A stretch of DNA of 63,816 nucleotides, filler included, from Candidatus Coatesbacteria bacterium (GTDB taxonomy: Bacteria; JAFGND01): NCBI GenBank assembly GCA_016927185.1. It is 5 parts of 5 records of this genome, joined end to end, with 100 filler letters (N's around TTAATTAATTAA, not from the genome) between each part and the next. Parts side by side here need not be neighbours in the genome. Positions count along the whole stretch, not along the records: positions 36,789 to 47,105 come from JAFGND010000059.1; positions 47,206 to 51,960 come from JAFGND010000012.1; 3 more parts are not named here. The stretch is one strand, 5' to 3'. The notes under the pieces were generated by a model. That model saw only the letters and a list, made by a program, of their open reading frames with translations, had not been told where the DNA came from and did not search any database. Of this stretch, positions 42,356 to 51,293 are shown in pieces; the first letter of the stretch is position 1; each line of letters starts with the position of its first letter. Position numbers and translations under genes: made by a program.

Positions 42356-43270
42356 ATGAAAGAAAACAGAAAAATAAAAAAGAGAAATCTATTCCGCAGA
42401 AGTCTGTTATATGTGCCAGGAAATATGCCTAGAATGCTTCATAGCATTCTCAGTTTTGACATGGATACAATAATAATCGACTTAGGTGATGCTGTTAGAC
42501 CTGAAAATAAGCTAGCTGCCAGAATTCTGGTCAGGAATTTCCTGAAAACCTATGATTTTGGAGATGTTGAAGTATTTATAAGAATAAACCAAATAGACAG
42601 CCCCTATGGTTTCGAGGATTTGAAAATGCTTCTTCCTGAAATGCCAGATGGAATAAGATTACCAAGATCAACTCATATGAGTCTAATAAAAGAAGTAGAC
42701 ATGTACATTTCCCAGATAGAAGATGAACTTGAAGTTGAGGATGGGCGTTTTTCAATAATCGCTTCCATAGATACAGCAATTGGAGTCTTGAATGTTCAGC
42801 AAATTGCACAGTCTTCAAGCAGGATATGTGCCCTTGCATTCGATGCTGAACACTATACTCTTGACTTAGGGATTGAAAGAACCAAGGAAAATGAAAGTCT
42901 GTTGTTTGCCCGTATGCAAGTTCTATTGACAGCAAAAGCTATGAATATTGATGCAATAGACACAATTTTCAGCGATGTTTATGATGAGGAAGGCTTGATT
43001 CAGGAAACCAGGCATGCTAAATCGCTTGGATTCACTGGAAAATCACTTATTAGTCCAAGGCAAATCATTCCAGTTCATAATGTCTTTGCACCAACAAAAA
43101 AAGAAATAGAGTTCGCACAGAGAATAATATCTGCAGCAGAACAAGCCAGAAAAAGGAGAATTGGTGTAATTTCTCTTGATGGCAAACTTGTTGATTCACC
43201 AGCTATCTCACGTGCAGAGCTAACACTGAAGATGGCCAGGGATCTGGGACTAGTTATGGAGAACGAATGA
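42356..43270 (+). CDS. citE: Citrate lyase beta subunit homologue (divergent active site)
   Basis: RRSLLYVPG, RIN, LGFTGKSLI.P.Q, LDGKLVD; metal-ligand motifs altered. Confidence 0.88.
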   Translation: MKENRKIKKRNLFRRSLLYVPGNMPRMLHSILSFDMDTIIIDLGDAVRPENKLAARILVRNFLKTYDFGDVEVFIRINQIDSPYGFEDLKMLLPEMPDGIRLPRSTHMSLIKEVDMYISQIEDELEVEDGRFSIIASIDTAIGVLNVQQIAQSSSRICALAFDAEHYTLDLGIERTKENESLLFARMQVLLTAKAMNIDAIDTIFSDVYDEEGLIQETRHAKSLGFTGKSLISPRQIIPVHNVFAPTKKEIEFAQRIISAAEQARKRRIGVISLDGKLVDSPAISRAELTLKMARDLGLVMENE

Positions 43271-44802
43271 AAAACATTTTAGGAAGAGAAATTCCAGAAA
43301 GCCTTCATAATTTCAAACCTTACAGAGGAAGAAAGGTAAGACCAAACTTGGATCAACAGGTATCACCTCCCTTGAAAACAGGTTGGCCAGCAAAAAACAA
43401 GGTGGTAAAATCACTGAGGGAAGTAATAAAATTGACTGGTTTGAAAGATGGAATGACAGTAGCAACTCATCATCATCTTCAGGACAGGGATCAGATACTG
43501 ATACAGATACTTGAAGCTATCAAGCAGGAAGGCATCAGAAATATTACATTAGCTCCAACAGGACTTTTCCCCTGTCACAGAATTATTATTCCATATATAC
43601 AAGATGGTACAATTGGACATATAGAAGGAGATATTTCAGGGGAAGTTGGCAGATTTATATGCGAAGGAAATCTAAGCAAACCTGTCATAATAAGATCCCA
43701 TACAGCAAGGTTATTTGCCCGTTTCACAGGAAAACAACCTGTTGATGTCGCTTTTCTTGCAGTTTCTGCATCCGATAGATGTGGCAATAGCAATGGCATC
43801 AGCGGTGCAAATCCATTCGGTTCAATGGGTTATGCGATAACTGAAGCAAGATATGCTAAACAGGTTGTTGTAGTTACAAATACAATTCTCCCTTATCCCT
43901 TGCAGCAAATAAGCTTATCCCAGGAGTTTGTTGACTGGGTTGTTGAGGTTGAACAGATAGGTAAACCAATAAGAAAAATGCCAGTAAGAATAGGTATGGT
44001 AAGCAATCCGATTGGATACCTGATAGCAAGGTATGCAATCAGATTTGGTCAGGCAGCAGGTTTCATTAAAAAGGGTTTCTCCTTTCAGATAGGAAGTGGA
44101 GCATTAGGTGCTGAAATAGGAAGAGCTCTTCTAAATACAATGAAGGAACAGGAATTGAATGCCAGCTTTATTTCTGGAGGGATAACAGGTGCACATGTAG
44201 AAATGCTGAAGGAAGGATGGACAAACATGCTTCTTGATGTAGAATCAATGGATGCTGAAGCAGTAGAATCTCTTCTAATAAATAATAATCATCAAGAAAT
44301 TTCTGCAACAACCTACGCAAACCCATTTACTCAAGGCTGTGTTGTAAATGAGCTTGATATAGTCTTTCTTGGAGCAACAGAGATTGATACTGACTTTAAT
44401 GTAAATGTTTCAACAGAATCCAATGGTTTGATAAAAAATACTGTAGGAGGGCATAGTGATGTTGCAGGAAGTGCAAAATTCAGTGTAATTCTTGCCCCAG
44501 CTTTCAGAAACAGAATTTCGACTATCAAGAATGAAGTCATTGCAGTGAATACTCCAGGAGATTGTGTTGATGCGCTAGTAACCGAATACGGGATATGTAT
44601 AAATCCCAAAAAGGAAGATATACTGGAAAAAGTCGTGGAAAACGATCCAAAACTACCAATTATTCCTATTGAAGAACTGATGAATAAAATCCAGAAATTA
44701 ACCGGCACACCCAAGCCATTGGAATTCGATGAAAAGATAGTAGCTGTATGGGAATATGCTGATGGAACAGTCTTAGATGTACTTCGAAAAGTTAAAATCT
44801 GA
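43267..44802 (+). CDS. citF: Citrate lyase alpha subunit (CoA/ACP transferase) homologue
   Basis: GLKDGMT..THHH, GGIT, EID.DFNVNV, GGHSD, PG..VD.LVTE.GI..NP. Confidence 0.9.
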   Translation: MKNILGREIPESLHNFKPYRGRKVRPNLDQQVSPPLKTGWPAKNKVVKSLREVIKLTGLKDGMTVATHHHLQDRDQILIQILEAIKQEGIRNITLAPTGLFPCHRIIIPYIQDGTIGHIEGDISGEVGRFICEGNLSKPVIIRSHTARLFARFTGKQPVDVAFLAVSASDRCGNSNGISGANPFGSMGYAITEARYAKQVVVVTNTILPYPLQQISLSQEFVDWVVEVEQIGKPIRKMPVRIGMVSNPIGYLIARYAIRFGQAAGFIKKGFSFQIGSGALGAEIGRALLNTMKEQELNASFISGGITGAHVEMLKEGWTNMLLDVESMDAEAVESLLINNNHQEISATTYANPFTQGCVVNELDIVFLGATEIDTDFNVNVSTESNGLIKNTVGGHSDVAGSAKFSVILAPAFRNRISTIKNEVIAVNTPGDCVDALVTEYGICINPKKEDILEKVVENDPKLPIIPIEELMNKIQKLTGTPKPLEFDEKIVAVWEYADGTVLDVLRKVKI

Positions 44803-45646
44803 AGAGCTTTATCCCAGATATATTGCTGAAATAGCTAATCAATCACTAATACTAGAACTTCTGACAGAACCAAAACCGGGTCTTGTTACAAGAAGCAGCA
44901 ACGGAAGCCATAAAGACATGAACTATAAAGTGTTCATAGATAGCATAAAATTACTAGAAAAATACTGGTATGCTATTACCATACTTCCTTATAATAACAA
45001 TAATACTGCATTAATATTCCAAAAAGCTTCTGAGCTGGGCAAGGAGTATGAATTGAAGATGCTTGAAGCAACAGGTAATGTGAACACACATAAAGGATTG
45101 ATCTTCAGTATGGGAGTACTAACACTTTCTGTTTCTTATTTAGCTTTTAGAAAAAGAATCTTCTTCCTGAATGATATTTCAAGGACTATACGCTTTTTCC
45201 TGAATAGATTCTATAAAGAAAAGATGGAAAAAAAGACTGCTGGAGATAAATTCAGGAAAGTTCATTATAGAGGGGGAGTGATATCTGAAGCTTTTGCAGG
45301 ATTTCCAACTGTATTCAACAACTCTCTGCCTTTTTTCATGAGAATGAACAATAATCTATCTTTCAATGAAGCATCTTCCAGAACTCTTGTTTATTTAATC
45401 TCAATAACTAAAGATACAAATTTATGGAATAGAGGTAAAGAGGAAGGTTTAAGATTTGCAAGAAGAGTTAGTTCAAGATTAGGTCATTCAGTTAATGGAA
45501 ACAGGAACCCAGGAAAAACTGCATTAACAAGAATGTGTAAGTCTTTTATTGATAAGAATTTAAGTCCAGGAGGTTCAGCAGATTTACTTGCATTAACAAT
45601 CTTTTTATATTTACTAATAAAAAAAGACTTGAAAAATTATAGTTAA
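44777..45646 (+). CDS. citG: Triphosphoribosyl-dephospho-CoA synthase
   Basis: PKPGLV, GSHKDM, NTHKG, DTN, NLSPGGSADLLA. Confidence 0.92.
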   Translation: MYFEKLKSEELYPRYIAEIANQSLILELLTEPKPGLVTRSSNGSHKDMNYKVFIDSIKLLEKYWYAITILPYNNNNTALIFQKASELGKEYELKMLEATGNVNTHKGLIFSMGVLTLSVSYLAFRKRIFFLNDISRTIRFFLNRFYKEKMEKKTAGDKFRKVHYRGGVISEAFAGFPTVFNNSLPFFMRMNNNLSFNEASSRTLVYLISITKDTNLWNRGKEEGLRFARRVSSRLGHSVNGNRNPGKTALTRMCKSFIDKNLSPGGSADLLALTIFLYLLIKKDLKNYS

Positions 45647-45665
45647 CTTTTGCGATTGAGTTTCA

Positions 45666-46754
45666 ATGGATTCTTTTATACCAGTATTATCTAGAATAAA
45701 AGTTGGCAAACATTGGATCGGCGAGGAAGATCCAACGCTTATTGTTTGTGATATTGCTCTCAACCATGGCAAGGATAAGAATCTCCTTGAAGAACTGGTG
45801 AATCTTTGTGCTCATTCTAATGCAAGCGCAATAATCCTTCCGGTATTTCATCCTGAAGATTATTGTTCTCCAAATGTACATCTTAGCAATTCTGAGTATG
45901 CCTTTCTTCCAAACTCAGATAAGATATTGTTCCATGATTTTCTTGAAGAATACGCAATTCCCCCTCTATGGATAAGAGATATTTCTAAAATATGCAAGGA
46001 TCTTGGACTGAGTCTATTAGTTAGACCGGGTTGCATAAGATGTGCGGAATTCAGCCAGCGTTTCAAGATAAGTGGATTTGTTCTTGATAGCATGGAGCTT
46101 AATAACTATCATTTCCAGAAGGAACTTGCTCAACTTGGAATGCCTATTTTAGTTAATATTGGAATGGGATTGTTTAGGGAAATAGAAAATGCTACAAAGA
46201 ATATCACGAAAAATGGAAATCAGCAGGTGGCATTGATACATTCCCCTTCTCATATGAATGGTAATACGGAAAAGGAAGATGCAAATATAAAAGTGATCCC
46301 GACTCTTGCCAATCTATACAATACTCCAGTTGGTTATTTTGATAAAAGCCTTTCACTGTCAACATGCATGGGAGCAGTCGCTCTGGGAGCTCGGATTATA
46401 ATAAAACGAGTTGCGCTTTCAAGGAAACACCCTGTCCCTGATGCTGCTTTCGCACTTGAACCATCTGAAGTAGGCTATCTTGCTTATGAAATAAGGCAGC
46501 TTGAAGCAAATCTCGGGAGTTCAAGAAGATCTTTGTCAAAGATGGATCTTGCATTAAGGAAGCTCTTAAGAAGAAGTATTGTTGCTAAAAGAGAACTTCC
46601 TGCAGGAACAATAATCACGCAAGACAATATCAAGATCTGCAGACCGGGAACAGGCATTGAACCTGAGCACTGGAAGGAAATCCTTGGATTCAAACTTTCA
46701 AAAAGAGTAAAAGAAGGAGAACCTATTACCTGGGAAGATTTTCAGGTAAAATAA
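45666..46754 (+). CDS. NeuB/SpsE (N-acetylneuraminate synthase) family protein with SAF domain, catalytic motifs degenerate
   Basis: LNHG, AVALGA, RRSIVA..RPGTGI SAF domain; lacks KFQ, SDH and EKH. Confidence 0.82.
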   Translation: MDSFIPVLSRIKVGKHWIGEEDPTLIVCDIALNHGKDKNLLEELVNLCAHSNASAIILPVFHPEDYCSPNVHLSNSEYAFLPNSDKILFHDFLEEYAIPPLWIRDISKICKDLGLSLLVRPGCIRCAEFSQRFKISGFVLDSMELNNYHFQKELAQLGMPILVNIGMGLFREIENATKNITKNGNQQVALIHSPSHMNGNTEKEDANIKVIPTLANLYNTPVGYFDKSLSLSTCMGAVALGARIIIKRVALSRKHPVPDAAFALEPSEVGYLAYEIRQLEANLGSSRRSLSKMDLALRKLLRRSIVAKRELPAGTIITQDNIKICRPGTGIEPEHWKEILGFKLSKRVKEGEPITWEDFQVK

Positions 46755-46890
46755 GAATCATTATCCTTTTAATTACATTTCCAGATTTCCATCAATATTA
46801 CTTCCTCATAAGTCAGTCCAATATCTAGGGGATTGATTGAAATACTTTCTCAATGGAACTATCTATTGATTTTAACGAAACCTCCTTCCT

Positions 46891-46917
46891 GTCATGCTGA
46901 ACTTGTTTCAGCATCTC
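46891..46917 (+). repeat. REP-like palindromic element
   Basis: GTC-ATGCTGAA-CTTGT-TTCAGCAT-CTC hairpin; related copy at 48201-48226. Confidence 0.6.
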
Positions 46918-47105
46918 AATAAGAATTATCAATATCTTTCCATTTCAGGGAAATCTGCCTCTTTCAAGACAGACTCCCTGGTTATGGAAACAGGGGCTTT
47001 CCTTGTTGATTATTCATACATATATTTTCATATAAAAGAGCTTATCTGTATCAATCATTTCGAAACATATTTTCAGAAATGGATACTTGGAACGTTCACA
47101 TATAA

Positions 47106-47205
47106 NNNNNNNNNNNNNNNNNNNNNNNNNNNNNNNNNNNNNNNNNNNNTTAATTAATTAANNNNNNNNNNNNNNNNNNNNNNNNNNNNNNNNNNNNNNN
47201 NNNNN
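47106..47205. other. Artificial contig-joining linker
   Basis: N44-TTAATTAATTAA-N44. Confidence 0.97.
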
Positions 47206-47826
47206 AATTGCTCAGATGGAACTTTAAAATGGAGATATGATGCAGGTGGTTTGGTTAGATCTTCTCCTTGTGTTTCAGATGGAGTTGTTTATATTGGAAG
47301 TGATGATCATTATCTTTATGCAATAAGCAGCTCGGATGGAACTCTTAAATGGAGATATCAGACAGATAATTGGGTTTCGTCCTTACCTTGTGTTTCAGAT
47401 GGAGTTGTTTATGTTGGAAGTTGGGATCGTTATCTTTATGCAATAAATAGCTCAGATGGTACTCTTAAATGGAGATATCAGACTGGTGATTATATTTGGT
47501 CCTCCCCTTGTGTTTCAGATGGAGTTGTTTATGTTGGAAGTTTTGATTGTTATCTATATGCAATTGAAACCTATGGTTATACTGGCTTCAAAGATAACAA
47601 ATCAGCTTCATATTTTCCAGAAAAATTTCTCACTATTTCACCCAACCCCTTCTCAACCCGCTTGTCTATCTCCCTGCCTTTCTCAGGAGCAATCTATTCC
47701 CTGACCGGTCAGCTTATAATAAAACTAGATAAAGGCAAGCATTCTCTTGATGCTAGCAGATGGAGAGAGGGAGTATATATAGTGAAGAGCAGTAAAGAAT
47801 GCAAAAGAGCTGTGAAGATAAAGTAA
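47206..47826 (+). CDS. PQQ-like beta-propeller repeat protein with T9SS-type CTD (5' truncated)
   Basis: 40-aa repeats SDGTLKWRY..SSPCVSDGVVYVGS.D.YLYAI; C-terminal SPNPF...GVYIV..K. Confidence 0.88.
   Translation, partial: NCSDGTLKWRYDAGGLVRSSPCVSDGVVYIGSDDHYLYAISSSDGTLKWRYQTDNWVSSLPCVSDGVVYVGSWDRYLYAINSSDGTLKWRYQTGDYIWSSPCVSDGVVYVGSFDCYLYAIETYGYTGFKDNKSASYFPEKFLTISPNPFSTRLSISLPFSGAIYSLTGQLIIKLDKGKHSLDASRWREGVYIVKSSKECKRAVKIK
47211..47570 (+). repeat. Three 120-bp tandem coding repeats
   Basis: Units start at 47211, 47331, 47451; CCTTGTGTTTCAGATGGAGTTGTTTAT identical in all three. Confidence 0.9.
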
Positions 47827-47975
47827 AGTTCTTACTTTTCGTAAAAACAGACTGAATAAATCTAAAACAGATGTTAAATGAAAGAGCTTATGGATTTCCA
47901 CAAGCTCTCTATAATAAAACAAGAAAGATAATTCTGGACCAGTAAATCTTCAATCATTTGGGTTTCTGAGCTGAT

Positions 47976-48140
47976 TTAGCTATGAGTAGTTCCACACCCA
48001 GCCATTTCTTTTCCTCTTCCTATATATTCATCTCTGCAACCTTCATAGTCTTTACAATAATAGATATAATCATCGCAATCAAGTGCAGTCTTTTCGAATA
48101 TCAGCTCAGAAAATATTTCTGGTTTCTTATAAGGTTTCAT
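47976..48140 (-). CDS. 54-aa Cys-rich peptide, putative RiPP precursor (absent from ORF track)
   Basis: AAAGGAG RBS then MKPYKKPEIFSELIFEKTALDCDDYIYYCKDYEGCRDEYIGRGKEMAGCGTTHS*. Confidence 0.75.
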   Translation of the reverse strand: MKPYKKPEIFSELIFEKTALDCDDYIYYCKDYEGCRDEYIGRGKEMAGCGTTHS

Positions 48141-48200
48141 TTTTTACTCCTTTGAAATCAGGAAGCATGAATTGTTTGATAAATGGAAATCAAGGAAAAA

Positions 48201-48252
48201 AGATCCTGATATTAGCTCAGGATGACAATCTGTTCTTTCTGTCATGCTGAGT
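48201..48252 (-). repeat. REP-like palindrome plus inverted partial copy
   Basis: Reverse strand GTCATCCTGA-GCTAATA-TCAGGATCT, then GTCATGCTGAG on + at 48241. Confidence 0.5.
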
Positions 48253-48305
48253 TTTTCTTTGCATCTTTAAAAAACAATAAAATATTGAAATATTTAGAAG
48301 ATTTG

Positions 48306-48376
48306 CTGGGGTGCAGGGATTCGAACCCCAATTAAAGGATCCAGAGTCCTCTGTCCTACCGTTGAACGACACCCCA
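48306..48376 (-). tRNA. tRNA-Gln (CTG); CCA not encoded
   Basis: TGGGGTG/CACCCCA acceptor stem, anticodon arm GAGGA-CTCTGGA-TCCTT, GGTTCGAATCC T-arm. Confidence 0.95.
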
Positions 48377-48464
48377 TCAAAAACAACGTTCCAAGAGAGA
48401 ATATATGTCAGTTTCATGTCAAGCAATTTCATAAAAAATGTCTTGATGATTGAAAATGGATAGA

Positions 48465-49184
48465 TTATTTCTTTTTAGTTACAGGAGGAAGAACTGGCTT
48501 TGAATTCTTTCTTGCCTGATCAAATTGCGTCAGCACCTTGTTGTATCCTGACTGGAGAACTGCCCTTGCATGAAGTGGTGAAGGAATATAGCCAAGTGAA
48601 ATCCTCCACTTGTCCTTCTCTTTTACAAGAACAAAGGGTGGTTGCTGCAATTCCTTACCCTCGAAATACAAGGTATATGGAACAAACGCTTTTTCATTCT
48701 TTATTGTTGGCTTGCCATACTCAATATCAGCCTGGGAAATATTCGGGAAACGCTTCTTCAGATAATTCTTCAGATCAGCTTTCTCCTTGTATGATGCAAG
48801 AACTTCATTATATGTTTTTACATAAGGAAGTGCTTGATTAAGAAGCACAAGTATTTTCTCCTTCTCGCTTCTTTCATTACTGTTTGGTTCAAGCTCATCT
48901 ATTTCATATCTTACCTTTGTAATCTCATCGTTTATTTCCTTCTGAAGTTTTGAAGCAAGAGTTGAGTAATTCTCTATAACTGGCTTCAATTGCTCAAGCT
49001 GCACTATTTCACTGCTGCTTATATACTTGATTGCATTATCCATCTTGCCAAGCCTTCCCTGTTTGACAAAATCTTCCACAAGAAGTTTTGGATCATCAGG
49101 ATAGAAATATTTCTCTGCAGGATTCTTGAACTTGCAGCTCAGTCCTGAAAGAATAATGCATATAAACAAGGAATATAATCTCAT
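48465..49184 (-). CDS. Hypothetical lipoprotein (NTF2-like/DUF4878-like with coiled-coil insert)
   Basis: GLSC lipobox; helical insert; LVKEKDKWRI terminal strand. Confidence 0.72.
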   Translation of the reverse strand: MRLYSLFICIILSGLSCKFKNPAEKYFYPDDPKLLVEDFVKQGRLGKMDNAIKYISSSEIVQLEQLKPVIENYSTLASKLQKEINDEITKVRYEIDELEPNSNERSEKEKILVLLNQALPYVKTYNEVLASYKEKADLKNYLKKRFPNISQADIEYGKPTIKNEKAFVPYTLYFEGKELQQPPFVLVKEKDKWRISLGYIPSPLHARAVLQSGYNKVLTQFDQARKNSKPVLPPVTKKK

Positions 49185-49669
49185 TTGTTTAGCATGCTTT
49201 CAAGGTTCTTCTTCACCACATCAGGTTCAGGAGCGCAAATTGCAATCCTGTATTTATTGGCTTCTTTCACTACCTTGAATGGTTCTATATCAAGTTTCTC
49301 CCCATTGAGAGTAAAGTCAATAAAAACCAGAGTAGTGTCACTTTTTGGCTCTTCCTTTACATATTTCCATGTAGCACCCTGGACTTTCTTGAAATTCTGC
49401 TCCACCTGATTGTTCAAATCCACTATTTCAACTGCTGACTTATAAATATCCTTTGGAATATTATCCTTGCTTGCCACAAGCATTTTCCTTGTTGCTTCCA
49501 GCTTCTGTAAATCCTTTTCAGATACAAGTTCCTTGATTTTCGTTGTATCTTTTGCAAAACCTGCCTGTATGAACTGAAGAACAATATCCTGCTGCCTTAC
49601 TACAGGCTCCTTCTTGAAACATGACATAAGAACAAGTGCTGTAATCAATATAATCAGATAGCGCATCAT
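49181..49669 (-). CDS. Hypothetical lipoprotein, paralogue-like to 48465-49184
   Basis: LMSC lipobox; V.QFIQAG, PFKVVKE.NKYRI resemble the neighbour. Confidence 0.72.
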   Translation of the reverse strand: MMRYLIILITALVLMSCFKKEPVVRQQDIVLQFIQAGFAKDTTKIKELVSEKDLQKLEATRKMLVASKDNIPKDIYKSAVEIVDLNNQVEQNFKKVQGATWKYVKEEPKSDTTLVFIDFTLNGEKLDIEPFKVVKEANKYRIAICAPEPDVVKKNLESMLNK

Positions 49670-49678
49670 ACCTTCCTT

Positions 49679-51292
49679 TTAATCATTGCTGAAATCCCTT
49701 ATTGTTTCTGCAATTTCCTCTAATCCCTGCTTTTTTGCAATACTGTAAGCGTCAAGTCCAAAGTTTGTCTTCAGATTGATCTTTGCCCCATGAAGAAGGA
49801 AAGTCTCTACTGCATTCTTCTTGCCATTATAAGCTGCTGCCATCAATGGAGTTATGCCATTAGCTGACTGGCAATTTATTTTCAATCCAAGTTTCAGCAA
49901 TAGATCAATATTATCAGCATTGCCCGAGGATGCAGCCAGTAATAGTGCATTGATACCATCTATTGTTGCATCATTCATATCAGCTCCGTATTGAACAAGA
50001 AGCTTAAGTGTATTCAAATCCGAAGCAGCAGAATAAAGGAATGCAGTCAATCCCCTGCTGTCTCTTACATCTATGGAAGCACCCTTTTCAAGAAGAAGTT
50101 TCACTATTCCATCCTCATTTTTCATGACAGCATGCATCAACGCAGTTCTCCCATTCGCATCAATTACATTTGCATCAATACCCTGATCCAGCAATGCCTT
50201 GACAAGCTTGTAGTTTCGCGAAATGCTTGCAGATATAAGTTCATGCCTGCTAGTGGATTTACCACCCCAGTATGCAAGTAAGACAAAGAACAATAGTAAA
50301 GATACTGGGACTGAGATTACTACAAATGGAAGTATATTGAAAGGCTTTCTCGCTCCCGATTTTCTCAGCAATTCAGCTATGTCCTTGTAATTCCTGTCTT
50401 CCGCATGTTCTATTGCACTCTTGTTCCTTGCAATTATATTCAAGTCAGCACCTTTTGAAATGAGAAGAGATAGAATTTCTTTATGATTGTACCCTATTGC
50501 CTTGAAAAGTGCAGTTTCACCCTGATTATCCTGCATATTTATATCAGCACCCTTCAGAAGCAGGAACTCAACCATTGTCTTGTTGCCTCTCTCTGTTGCT
50601 TTCATCAATGCAGTTTCTCCAGATCTGTCTTTAGCATTTATGTTTGCACCTTTTGAAAGAAGGAATTCAATCATGTACTTGTTTTCAGATGAAGCAAGAT
50701 TGACAATAACTGGTTCACTATTTTCTGGAGTTCCATTGATGTCAGCACCTTTTGAAATCAGCAAATCAACAATCTCCCTTTCCTTGCTTGTGGCTGCCCT
50801 GTATATAGCTTTGTTGAGAATATCCTTGCTTTCCTGGGACTTATTTTGTGAAAGTATTGTTGCAAGATAATCAATAACCTCTTTTTTCTTGTGGTTGAGA
50901 GAATAATCAAGTGGAGTGGAGCCGTATTTGTCTTTTACATAAAGCGATGCACCTCTTGAAACAAGCATCTTTGTAAGTTCAAGATCATCAACTGCTGTCA
51001 TTATTGCTGTTCTTCCATTGTCAGTAGCAGTATTCACCTGAGCTCCTCTGGAAAGAAGCATGCTGACAGCCATCTTGTTTCTTCTTGATGATGCTATTAT
51101 AAGGGGAGTTGCCCCGTCATCATAGCTGTCCCTTCCTTCCTTTCTTGCATTCACATTCACATTAGTATTCATTATTTCCTTGAATCTCTTCATGTCATTG
51201 TTTTCAAGTGCCCTGAAAAGCTCGTTTTCATTGAAACCGCAGAAAAGCAGTGAATATGATAATAGCAATGTCAGAATACTCAGGTATTTCAT
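49679..51292 (-). CDS. Ankyrin-repeat protein with signal peptide and central TM helix
   Basis: Many G.TAL..A / LL..GADIN repeats on both sides of ILPFVVISVPVSLLLFFVLLAYW. Confidence 0.9.
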   Translation of the reverse strand: MKYLSILTLLLSYSLLFCGFNENELFRALENNDMKRFKEIMNTNVNVNARKEGRDSYDDGATPLIIASSRRNKMAVSMLLSRGAQVNTATDNGRTAIMTAVDDLELTKMLVSRGASLYVKDKYGSTPLDYSLNHKKKEVIDYLATILSQNKSQESKDILNKAIYRAATSKEREIVDLLISKGADINGTPENSEPVIVNLASSENKYMIEFLLSKGANINAKDRSGETALMKATERGNKTMVEFLLLKGADINMQDNQGETALFKAIGYNHKEILSLLISKGADLNIIARNKSAIEHAEDRNYKDIAELLRKSGARKPFNILPFVVISVPVSLLLFFVLLAYWGGKSTSRHELISASISRNYKLVKALLDQGIDANVIDANGRTALMHAVMKNEDGIVKLLLEKGASIDVRDSRGLTAFLYSAASDLNTLKLLVQYGADMNDATIDGINALLLAASSGNADNIDLLLKLGLKINCQSANGITPLMAAAYNGKKNAVETFLLHGAKINLKTNFGLDAYSIAKKQGLEEIAETIRDFSND

Positions 51293-51293
51293 A

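Noticed and set aside
47014-47105. Possible 3' end of a minus-strand gene at the contig 3 edge
   Set aside because: Only about 29 codons are visible with no recognisable motif
47211-47570. Diversity-generating retroelement explanation for the variable propeller repeats
   Set aside because: Differences include C/T and G/T changes not clearly adenine-specific, all copies are in-frame coding, and there is no template repeat or reverse transcriptase in the window
48217-48432. 71-aa ORF in the track
   Set aside because: It overlaps tRNA-Gln on the same strand and is a shadow ORF
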